Assembly (NCBI GenBank): GCA_965238225.1
Contig: OZ250183.1
Span: 960,001-1,024,000, forward strand
Direction: 5' to 3'
DNA: 64,000 nucleotides
DNA from: Gammaproteobacteria bacterium
Lineage (GTDB): Bacteria; Pseudomonadota; Gammaproteobacteria; Eutrophobiales; Eutrophobiaceae
The position numbers were made by a program, and so were the translations under genes. Below are positions 50,220-58,522 of this stretch, piece by piece. Position 1 is the first letter of the stretch. Each line of letters begins with the position of its first letter. The notes under the pieces were generated by a model. That model made no database searches. It saw only the letters and a program-made list of their open reading frames with translations, and had not been told where the DNA came from.

Positions 50220-51676
50220 TGAATAAAACTCAACCAGCAGTAACCTCCATGGAAGTGCCAGCTTTAGAAAAACAGGTGCTAATCGTGGAAGACGAGATTG
50301 TATTTGCAAAAGCGGTTAAAAAACAGCTGCAAAGAGCGGGTTACAAAAGCGAAATAGCCGGCGACTTGAATACAGCAATGGAAAAGTTTGAATCACATAT
50401 CCCTCAACTTGTGTTGCTTGATATGCGCCTTCCCGATGGATCCGGGCTGGATTTTCTTGAGGCAATTAAAAAAAGAAACGATTTAGATACGGCAGTTCTG
50501 GTGATGTCTGCATACGGCGAACTTGAAGATGCCGTTTCTGCGATGAAGTTGGGCGCATCAGACTATCTGAAAAAACCAGTGGATATGGATGAGTTATTAA
50601 TCAGTATTGAAAGAGTGTTGAGTAAAAACGCACTTGAAACAAAACTGACTTATTCAAGCAAACGTGAACGTAATGCGCATGAAACAATCAAATTCATAGG
50701 CGAGTGCCCGGAAATAATCTCGATAAAACAACAAATAGAACAAATAGCTCGCTTAGCACGAGCATCAAATACAGCGCCCCCAACAGTTTTTATTTTTGGT
50801 GAAACAGGCACGGGCAAAGATGTTGCTGCGAGATTATTGCACGATAGTACAACACTCAGTGATAAACCTTTTGTGCAAATAGATTGTGCCTCATTACCAA
50901 AAGATTTAATTGAGGCAGAGTTGTTTGGCCACGAAAAAGGTGCGTTTACAGATGCGCATGCAGCACAGGCTGGTCTAATAGAAGCAGCTGAAGATGGCAT
51001 CTTATTTATAGATGAAATCGGGGAATTGTCACTGGATTTGCAATCCAAATTTCTAGCGATCCTAGAAAGAAGATTGATGCGGCGTATCGGTACGAGTAAG
51101 GAATTACCTGTTCGCTCATGGTTTATTGCTGCAACTAACAGGAATATCGAAGAGCTGATAGAAAAAGGAGAATTTAGGTTAGACTTATATCATCGTCTGA
51201 ATGTTTTAAGTATAGAAATACCACCATTAAGAACACGTGGTAACGATATTATTCTTTTAGCAAAATATTTTGTTGAACAAACAACGCGACGTTATAATTT
51301 TAAAAATATAATCTTAAGTGACGAAGTAGTAGAAACGCTAATGGAGTATTTATGGCCAGGTAACGTACGCGAGATGAAACATTTAATAGAGAGAGCTATT
51401 TTGTTAAATGATGGCGATAAGATCTCCGTGGAATCTTTAGACATAACAAATAAAATAGCACCCAAAAATATAGATCAAAAATATATAGACCGATTAAGCG
51501 CAAGACAATCGCAAGTGAAGGACGTAAAGATCAAGGATATGACTTTAGAATCAGCAGAATACACACTGATTGTTCAGGCTCTGGATAAAGCTAACGGGAA
51601 TGTATCCAAAGCAGCCAGAGATCTGGATATTACCCGCATGGCACTAAGATACAGAATGAAAAAATACAATTTATAA
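50219..51676 (+). CDS. Sigma-54-dependent response regulator (NtrC/AtoC family bEBP)
   Basis: REC domain, GETGTGKD, ELFGHEKGAFTDA, FIDEIGE, WPGNVRE, Fis-type HTH. Confidence 0.95.
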   Translation: MNKTQPAVTSMEVPALEKQVLIVEDEIVFAKAVKKQLQRAGYKSEIAGDLNTAMEKFESHIPQLVLLDMRLPDGSGLDFLEAIKKRNDLDTAVLVMSAYGELEDAVSAMKLGASDYLKKPVDMDELLISIERVLSKNALETKLTYSSKRERNAHETIKFIGECPEIISIKQQIEQIARLARASNTAPPTVFIFGETGTGKDVAARLLHDSTTLSDKPFVQIDCASLPKDLIEAELFGHEKGAFTDAHAAQAGLIEAAEDGILFIDEIGELSLDLQSKFLAILERRLMRRIGTSKELPVRSWFIAATNRNIEELIEKGEFRLDLYHRLNVLSIEIPPLRTRGNDIILLAKYFVEQTTRRYNFKNIILSDEVVETLMEYLWPGNVREMKHLIERAILLNDGDKISVESLDITNKIAPKNIDQKYIDRLSARQSQVKDVKIKDMTLESAEYTLIVQALDKANGNVSKAARDLDITRMALRYRMKKYNL

Positions 51677-51709
51677 AAATGCTGTTACCATTCAATATTA
51701 AAAATCATT

Positions 51710-51741
51710 AAGTTGGAGATAAACAAAGTTGGAGATAAACA
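51710..51741. repeat. Perfect 16-bp tandem duplication (AAGTTGGAGATAAACA)x2
   Basis: Read directly from the sequence. Confidence 0.9.
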
Positions 51742-51773
51742 ATTTCTACTTAACGCAAATAGGTATTTAAAAA

Positions 51774-52184
51774 ATGGCTAAAATTAATATGAAAACTAAT
51801 CTGAATGTTACACCTGATAAACTCTGGAAATTAATCGGTGGTTTTAACGCTTTACCTGATTGGCATCCGGCAGTTGAAAAAAGCCACCTTGAAGAAGGAG
51901 GGAGTATGCGTCGTCTAAGCCTGCATGATGGAGGTACGATCGTAGAAAAACTGACGCAACTTGATGATAAGGAGCGCGTTTATAGCTATTCAATTATTGA
52001 TAGTCCATTGCCTGTTGCAAATTATGAGTCAACAATTCGTGTGAAAGATGATAACGAAGGTAACACTACAGTAGAGTGGTGTAGTGAATTTGATGCTAAA
52101 GGTGCAACAGAAAGTGAAGCGATGGATGCTATCTCTGGTATATATCAAGCTGGTTTTGACAATTTGAAAAAAATGTTTGGCTGA
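51774..52184 (+). CDS. SRPBCC (Polyketide_cyc2 / MxaD-like) protein
   Basis: LWKLIGGFNALPDWHPAV...RRLSL.DGG.IVEKL...YSYSIIDSPLPVANYESTIRV...GIYQAGFDNLK. Confidence 0.85.
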   Translation: MAKINMKTNLNVTPDKLWKLIGGFNALPDWHPAVEKSHLEEGGSMRRLSLHDGGTIVEKLTQLDDKERVYSYSIIDSPLPVANYESTIRVKDDNEGNTTVEWCSEFDAKGATESEAMDAISGIYQAGFDNLKKMFG

Positions 52185-52234
52185 AAATAAATTACATAAT
52201 CAGGAACAACAAAAGAACTCCCTAGGGTTTAGTG

Positions 52235-53578
52235 TCAATGTAACTTTACTCTGATTTTTGTTTTGCGCGTTAATAAGTTGGATAAAGTCGAAAGTCCTGC
52301 GCTTATCAGACCATGCAGAGCAATTTTGTGCATCTTATATAGGGAGATATAAATGATTCTGGCTATGACTCCCTCGATCATTACCGTTTTTGACAGCTTG
52401 GAGAGGTGACCCATCAAGCTACCAACAGTTTTGTAATTGCTTATATTCACTAATGAGCCAATATCGACATATTTGTACTCAGGAAGAGGTGTCTCGCCTT
52501 TTAAACGTTTGCATAAAGTTTTAACCAACATTGTTGCTTGTTGATTCGCTGCCTGCGCTCTGGGTGGTACAGTTTCGATATGGTCAGTTTTTTTATTTTC
52601 CATAGGACAAGCGGCACAATCTCCGAATGCAAAAATATTTTCATCCAGCGTTGATTGTAATGTCGGTTTTACTATGATCTGATTGATTTTATTAGTCTCA
52701 AGACCATCAAGATCTTTGAGGAAATCCGGTGCTTTGATGCCCGCAACCCATACCTTGATTTCTGCGGGAATAAATTTACCATTCTCTGTTTTGAAGCCTG
52801 TGGCAGTGGCTTCTGTTATTCTTTGATTAATACATAATTTGATATTGATATCTTCGAGTATCTTATGTGTTTTATCAGACAGTTTTTTTGGTAGCTGAGG
52901 CAGGATGCGATGAGATGCTTCTACAATAATAATTGTTACATCAGTATTCGGTTTAATTTGTTCAAAACCGAATTCAGGCAGTTGCTGAGCAGTACTGTGT
53001 AATTCTGCTGATAATTCAATACCTGTTGCGCCTGCACCTGCAATAGCGATATGTAATTGTCCGTCACGTAGTGTTTCTTTTTGTGTGTGGGCGGTATAAA
53101 AACACTTAAACAAATGTTGATGGAAACGATTAGCTTCTTTTTGTGTATCCAGAAACATACAGTGCTCTCGAACACCCGGCACATCAAAATCATTGGCGGT
53201 GCTACCAACAGCAATCACCAAGGTGTCGTAGTGAAATGTTCGACGTGGAATATATTCATTTCCTTCTTCATCCAAAGTCGGAGCCAGACTGATTTCCTGT
53301 TTCTTGCGATCCAGTTTATCCATTCTCCCTAGGCAAAATTGGAAATGATGCCAGTACCCTTGACTGAGGTAGCCTACTTCATCTTCGTAGGAATTGAGTG
53401 ATCCTGCTGCGACTTCGTGCAACAAGGGTTTCCATAGATGCGTCAGGGTACAATCGACCAAGGTGATTATAGCCTTTTTCTTTTTGCCCAGTTTATTTCC
53501 GAGTTTGGTTGCAAGCTCCAGTCCGCCGGCACCGCCGCCAACAATAATGATATGATGAAGACGTTTGCCTGCATGCAT
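52235..53578 (-). CDS. ndh: Type II NADH dehydrogenase
   Basis: IIIVGGGAGGLELAT, HLWKPLLHEVAAG, GAGATGIELSAEL, VPPRAQAA. The ATG CAT GCA GGC start reads on the minus strand at 53578, although the ORF track labels it +. Confidence 0.93.
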   Translation of the reverse strand: MHAGKRLHHIIIVGGGAGGLELATKLGNKLGKKKKAIITLVDCTLTHLWKPLLHEVAAGSLNSYEDEVGYLSQGYWHHFQFCLGRMDKLDRKKQEISLAPTLDEEGNEYIPRRTFHYDTLVIAVGSTANDFDVPGVREHCMFLDTQKEANRFHQHLFKCFYTAHTQKETLRDGQLHIAIAGAGATGIELSAELHSTAQQLPEFGFEQIKPNTDVTIIIVEASHRILPQLPKKLSDKTHKILEDINIKLCINQRITEATATGFKTENGKFIPAEIKVWVAGIKAPDFLKDLDGLETNKINQIIVKPTLQSTLDENIFAFGDCAACPMENKKTDHIETVPPRAQAANQQATMLVKTLCKRLKGETPLPEYKYVDIGSLVNISNYKTVGSLMGHLSKLSKTVMIEGVIARIIYISLYKMHKIALHGLISAGLSTLSNLLTRKTKIRVKLH

Positions 53579-53691
53579 TATAAGAATAATCCTGTATATT
53601 TTACGAATGGCTCCAAATAGACCGTATAATAACGTTTATTTGGGTTGTATATAACGAAAAGATTAAAACAAAAGCAAGGTAATAAATGAAA

Positions 53692-53955
53692 ATGGATGAG
53701 AAAACACAAACAGAACTAGAAGCTGCCACTTTCAGGCATCTCGTGGGATTTCTACAGGAAAAAGTAGAGGTTACAGAATATTGATCTAATGAATTTGCTG
53801 GTTTTTGTAGAAACTGCCTATCTAAATGGTATTTAGCCGCAGCGAAAGAGCGGGGCATTGGGCTGGGTTACGAAGAAGCTCATAGAGATAATCTACGGCA
53901 TACCCTATGCTGAATGGTCAAAGATAAATATCAAAAAGACACCAGCCAAAAATGA
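53692..53955 (+). pseudogene. DUF1244 family protein, multiply frameshifted
   Basis: MDEKTQTELEAATFRHLV...EV/QNIDLMN/AGFCRNCLSKWY...EEA/EIIYGIPYAEW/KDKYQK; at least four indels needed to restore the family consensus. Confidence 0.8.
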
Positions 53956-54207
53956 CCTGAGTCTATTCTTTTTTAAGTATAATTAATGATAGCTTTGAGT
54001 GACTTGATTGTGAGATTAACAGGGATATGAGGCTAATAAGGGATGAATGGAAATTCAGGAAATAAATAATCCTGTTTTTTATGGTTGATACATCTAAATT
54101 TTTTTTGTTAGTTTTTGTTAGATTTATGAGTAATAATGTTATATTCTTCTGTCGCTTCTGATAATTGCTACATCCTTGTAATCTCTGAGTAATAATATTT
54201 TACGAAA

Positions 54208-55464
54208 ATGAAAATACTCATTATCGATGACTCTAAAGAGTTTAGAGCGCTGGTGCGTTTGTATCTTCTTAAAGAAATGGAAGACGTTGAACTGGTCGAG
54301 TATGCAGTAGAGGGTATTGGTAAGCCTGCTGATGATTATCAATGGTCAGATTATGACATTCTATTGCTTGATTATAATCTTGGTGGCGATGAAGACGGCT
54401 TTGACTGGCTGCAAAAATTTCAGCACAAAGATGGGTTTCCTCCGACAATTGTTTTAACTGCAGAAGGTGACGAATACATTGCCGTGAAAGCAATAAAGCT
54501 AGGTGCTGCAGATTATATTAATAAAGCTGATATCACTCCTAAACTTCTGGTAGACGCTATTCGCAGTGTCATATACTTTGCTTCTGAAAGCACTGATATA
54601 CGAAAAGCAGACATTAAGAATGTTTCCGAAGTTGTTGAAAAAATTTACCGCAAAGATCATGGGGACATTACATCTGACAGACTGGTTTTTGGCTACAAGA
54701 TAGTCCGAAAAATAGACCAGGGGTCTATGTCCAAGGTCTATTTGGTAGAGCGTGAAAATTCTGAACAGATTTTTGCGCTAAAAGTACTGGATATAAAAAA
54801 TTCATCGGGATATTCAGTAGTTGAAAGGTTTGTGCTTGAAGCTGAGTTAATTTCAGCTCTGGATTCTCCATTTGTTGTAAAGATATATGAGCATGGATTA
54901 ACTGATGATTATGGTTTTATTGTTATGGAATTCCTCTCTCGCGGCGATTTAAAACAACGGATGGATGCGTACATTTCGCCTGAATCAGCAGTGACCTACC
55001 TGATGCAGATTGCCAGTGGGCTGGATGCAATTCATGAAGCTGGAATCATGCATAGAGATTTAAAACCTGCAAATATTATGTTCCGCGGAGATGATAGTTT
55101 GGTATTGGCTGATTTTGGAATTTCAAAAAAAATTGACTCAAACAAGCAGCTAACAACAATGGGTCAAGTCATGGGCACGCCTAACTATATGAGTCCCGAG
55201 CAAGGAGAGGGAAAGGTAGTTGATATACGAACAGATTTGTATAGCGCAGGTATAATATTTTACAAATTATTAACCGGAGAAAGACCATTTATCGCAGCCG
55301 ATCCCGTTTCATTGATATATAAACATGTGCATGAAAAAATTCCACGACTGGCTGAACATCTAGAAAGATTTCAGGAAATTATAGAGAAACTAATGGCAAA
55401 AAAACCTAAAGACAGGTATTCGTCAGCCAGAGAATTAATGCAAGCGTTGAAACCTTTTGAGTAA
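54208..55464 (+). CDS. Receiver domain fused to a Hanks-type Ser/Thr protein kinase
   Basis: MKILIIDDS...LLLDY...VLTA...DYINK, then ALKVL, HRDLKPAN, DFG, GTPNYMSPEQ, DLYSAG. Confidence 0.92.
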   Translation: MKILIIDDSKEFRALVRLYLLKEMEDVELVEYAVEGIGKPADDYQWSDYDILLLDYNLGGDEDGFDWLQKFQHKDGFPPTIVLTAEGDEYIAVKAIKLGAADYINKADITPKLLVDAIRSVIYFASESTDIRKADIKNVSEVVEKIYRKDHGDITSDRLVFGYKIVRKIDQGSMSKVYLVERENSEQIFALKVLDIKNSSGYSVVERFVLEAELISALDSPFVVKIYEHGLTDDYGFIVMEFLSRGDLKQRMDAYISPESAVTYLMQIASGLDAIHEAGIMHRDLKPANIMFRGDDSLVLADFGISKKIDSNKQLTTMGQVMGTPNYMSPEQGEGKVVDIRTDLYSAGIIFYKLLTGERPFIAADPVSLIYKHVHEKIPRLAEHLERFQEIIEKLMAKKPKDRYSSARELMQALKPFE

Positions 55465-55559
55465 TGAAAATATTTTAATAAATAACTGAATGGAAATTAA
55501 TGAGGAAGAAAGACTAGGTCTTACTGTGAGATATTTATAGCGCTTTGTAAGACTTGCAT

Positions 55560-55588
55560 AAAAAAGGAACCTTAAAGGTTCCTTTTTT
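55560..55588. terminator. Bidirectional intrinsic terminator between the kinase gene and pqqA
   Basis: AAAAAAGGAACC-TTAAA-GGTTCCTTTTTT. Confidence 0.88.
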
Positions 55589-55608
55589 GTTTGAATCAAT
55601 AATTCAAA

Positions 55609-55683
55609 TTATTTATTGTTGATGTACATTGTGACTTCAAAACCAAAACGAATGTCACTGTATTCTGGTGTATCCCATTTCAT
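55609..55683 (-). CDS. pqqA: PQQ precursor peptide PqqA (24 aa)
   Basis: MKWDTPEYSDIRFGFEVTMYINNK*, with the GFEVTMY Glu-x3-Tyr core and an AGAGGG RBS; below the ORF-track size cutoff. Confidence 0.95.
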   Translation of the reverse strand: MKWDTPEYSDIRFGFEVTMYINNK

Positions 55684-55765
55684 GATATTACCCTCTTTAG
55701 GTTATGTCTAACTATAGTTTTTTACAGCTGTTGGATTTAATCACTTAAACCTACCACTACAATGA

Positions 55766-55782
55766 TGCAGATATTATGCCAA
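55766..55782 (-). promoter_or_regulatory. Sigma-54 (-24/-12) promoter of pqqA
   Basis: Minus strand TTGGCATAATATCTGCA: GG-N10-GC with TGGCA and TGCA flanks. Confidence 0.65.
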
Positions 55783-55865
55783 TTTTATAAAAAATTTAAA
55801 TTTAATTTAAATACAATTAGTTACAATATCATTTGAGCAAGGAACTTTAATAATTGTCTATTGTT

Positions 55866-55922
55866 TGGTTCAGATATTGGTTCATTTTAACCATCACAAC
55901 CAATATTGAACCCAATATTGAA
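55866..55922. promoter_or_regulatory. Candidate bEBP upstream activating sequences
   Basis: Dyad TGGTT-CATTTT-AACCA (55878-55893), inverted pair ATATTGGTT/AACCAATAT, and tandem CCAATATTGAA. Confidence 0.4.
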
Positions 55923-55928
55923 TCTAGA

Positions 55929-56909
55929 TCAGTCATCAATTGCGACGCCCCATGGGAATTTGCCAACCGGGATGGTTTTGATTACTTCATTAGTGGAAGT
56001 CTTGATAACAGATACGGTGCCGCTCACACCATCTGTACTGAATACACGGCGACCATCTTTTGTAATCGCCAAACCCCAGACACGTTTGCCCACAGGGATA
56101 GCCTTGATGACTTTAAGTGTATTGGCATCCATTAACCAGACAATATTTGAACGACCTCCAGCAACATAGATGTGTCTTTCATCTTTGCTTAGAATGACAT
56201 CCTTAGGTTTACTCTTGGTGTCTTCCAGTTGTACGCGTTTTAGAATTTTTACATTTTCCATATCAATCTTGACGATTTCACCAGTAATTTCAGCAGTGGC
56301 ATAGGCAATTTTATTATTTTTTGTAAAGACTGCAGCGCGTGGTCTTGATCCCACCAAGATATTATCGGTGATAATATTTCTGGGCGCTGCAATCACATGC
56401 AACATATTGCTTGATTCGCTAGTGACAATGACTTTGCTGCCATCTGGCGAGATGGCGACACCTTCTGGCTCAAGCCCAACCTGAATTTCATCAATCAAAT
56501 CACCAGTTTTTGGATTGTAGACGGTTACCTTTGCATCATCTTCATTAGAAATATAGATGTTGCCATTAGGATGAACCGCAAATGTTTCTGGATCAGAACC
56601 AGATTTAAATTTTCTAAGTATCTTCAGTGATTTCGGATCAAATACAGCAATCAGGTTTTCTTCGCTTACAGCAACATAGACTTCAGCGCCATCAGGTGAG
56701 ATGCCGATGCCGCGAGGACGTTCACCGATAGCAATTTCACTTTCAATTTCCAGTGTTTCACTGTTAATAACACTGACTGTATTACTTTTTTCGTTGGTGA
56801 TAAAAATCCTGCCTGTTGGTTTTGCATGAATCGTTTGTGACATAAAAATACATAAGAATACCCATGTTATTATCCATAATCGTTTTTTAGCTAAAAAATA
56901 ATATTGCAT
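55929..56909 (-). CDS. YVTN-type beta-propeller protein of the PQQ-catabolism-associated type
   Basis: Signal peptide; IFITNEKSNTVSVI, GERPRGI, SGSDPETF, VGLEPEGVAISPDG, VGKRVWGL, VGKFPWGV. Confidence 0.85.
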   Translation of the reverse strand: MQYYFLAKKRLWIITWVFLCIFMSQTIHAKPTGRIFITNEKSNTVSVINSETLEIESEIAIGERPRGIGISPDGAEVYVAVSEENLIAVFDPKSLKILRKFKSGSDPETFAVHPNGNIYISNEDDAKVTVYNPKTGDLIDEIQVGLEPEGVAISPDGSKVIVTSESSNMLHVIAAPRNIITDNILVGSRPRAAVFTKNNKIAYATAEITGEIVKIDMENVKILKRVQLEDTKSKPKDVILSKDERHIYVAGGRSNIVWLMDANTLKVIKAIPVGKRVWGLAITKDGRRVFSTDGVSGTVSVIKTSTNEVIKTIPVGKFPWGVAIDD

Positions 56910-56942
56910 TAATGTTCTCCTAAGGCATTCATTAATCTATTG

Positions 56943-57770
56943 TTATTTTGCACAGTTTAAAAGACCTAAGCTATCCAATACGGGGGGCTTGGCAACACCA
57001 CGGACGGGTGCCTCGGCGACAATTTTATCTTTTTCAATCAGTAAGATTAATTGTCTTAATTGTCCTGTTTCCCGAAAATTCATATCACTGCCTTTTTGAC
57101 CATCAAAAGAAAGATTTGTTTTTAAATGGGCAAGCATGTTTTTTGCATTGCTGATATTTTCCCTAGCAACTGAATCAGATGTCATTTTCACCGCAGCCCA
57201 TCCTGCCCAGGCATCGCTGTCCATAGTGCTGTGCTGTGCCTTTTTGAACCGCTTATTCAAATCTCTTGCAGCAAATTTCACAAACGTTCCATGCCACGCA
57301 CGCGCATTCGCATTCGAGTTTGGCTTTTTCTGTTGCCATTGCACAACCGCATCTTCTCGCATGCGGGCACTTGGTGTGATGTGTAAAGCATTTGCAAGAC
57401 AAGCCGCCCTTAAACTATCATCATCAAGATTCAGATTAAAGATGGTAATCTCTGGCAGATGATCGCTGATTTTTTTAAATGTCTCTACATCAACAGCGGT
57501 TAACACAGCAATATATTTGTTGTAGTCATGATTTAGTGCGTGAGCAGGAGAGATAATATCGAGATGATAATTTTGCCCAAGGAACTGACCTTGCAGCTTG
57601 GCTTCTTGAAGCCCCTGATAAACGCCAAGCAGAGCACTGTGTTCTGGTTCTCCAATATAGGCAAAATTAATCTCAATTGTTTTGGCAAACACCCAAAAAG
57701 AGCTCAAAAACGAGAGCGTGATACTGGTAAGCAGAATAATAATATTTTTCTTTGGTATTAACTTTAGCAT
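56943..57770 (-). CDS. Periplasmic binding protein-like, PQQ-dependent alcohol dehydrogenase system type
   Basis: Signal peptide; DDSLRAAC...LHITPS, AWH...FAARDLNKRF, WAGWAAVK, FDGQKG...FR..GQLRQ, LDSLG. Confidence 0.7.
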   Translation of the reverse strand: MLKLIPKKNIIILLTSITLSFLSSFWVFAKTIEINFAYIGEPEHSALLGVYQGLQEAKLQGQFLGQNYHLDIISPAHALNHDYNKYIAVLTAVDVETFKKISDHLPEITIFNLNLDDDSLRAACLANALHITPSARMREDAVVQWQQKKPNSNANARAWHGTFVKFAARDLNKRFKKAQHSTMDSDAWAGWAAVKMTSDSVARENISNAKNMLAHLKTNLSFDGQKGSDMNFRETGQLRQLILLIEKDKIVAEAPVRGVAKPPVLDSLGLLNCAK

Positions 57771-57971
57771 TAAGAGAAATCATCTTGATTGATTTTGTTA
57801 ATCATAAACTATTTTTTACTGATAGTATTCTAGCTTCAAGCGCCCATGATCTTCTTTGTCAAAATTTTGCGTCACTGGTTTTGTTTGTGTTTGTAAAAAG
57901 CTCGAACCGTTTAGTCTGCATAGCCTACGTATTGCCTATATCCTCGTGTATTCATACATATCTTTCTGCTA

Positions 57972-58094
57972 CCCTATCAAAAGAACGGATTCGCAAGCTG
58001 GCAAGCCTATCCTTGAACCCGTTATGGATGCACTTTTGCATTCAAAAATGTTGTAGAAAACACAAAAAATGAGTTTTTAAGCAGTTTGATAGGG
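57972..58094. other. Multi-hairpin element closed by a 10-bp inverted repeat (ncRNA or MITE candidate)
   Basis: CCCTATCAAA / TTTGATAGGG enclosing three hairpins. Confidence 0.4.
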
Positions 58095-58231
58095 CTTATC
58101 ATCGTGGCGGCGGATGATGCGCAGATGCGCTCAATCCTGACGTTTAATCTTATTTGACTTATATTTTTTGTATACAAAGAGACGTTTTAAGTAAAAAAGT
58201 CACGAATGTGGTAAAAATACAGAAAATGTAG

Positions 58232-58260
58232 TTGCAATGAGTAAGTAGGTTTTGTATATT
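58232..58260 (+). promoter_or_regulatory. Sigma-70 promoter for the porin gene
   Basis: TTGCAA-17 nt-TATATT followed by a GC-rich discriminator GCCGCCC. Confidence 0.6.
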
Positions 58261-58522
58261 GCCGCCCGTCTTTAAATTTTAAGGCACTTATTATTAGGAG
58301 TGACCTTTAAAGGTTTGATACTCGAAAAGGTCTTGTTTCTACGATGTTTAAGCAAGGCTTGGAATTTTCGGACTTCATAATTTTGTAGGTTTAGAATGTT
58401 TGAATTTGGAGTTTTTGGGTTCTGAAGTTTTTTCAAAGAGTCTCAAACTGGAGGGGTCAAGTTTTTTTATTATCATGCATGAAAGTTTTTAAACATAAAT
58501 ATTTCTGAGGAGGAATATTATA

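Noticed and set aside
52235-53578. ORF-track + strand label for ndh
   Set aside because: The protein reads on the reverse complement (CAT at 53576-53578, stop at 52235)
53782-53784. In-frame TGA in DUF1244 as possible selenocysteine
   Set aside because: The alternative frame gives the family consensus QNIDLMN, so the TGA arises from an indel pair; further frameshifts follow
57752-58072. Two overlapping + strand ORFs (106 aa and 66 aa) in the binding protein-porin gap
   Set aside because: No RBS or family features; the region is better explained as regulatory or structured DNA
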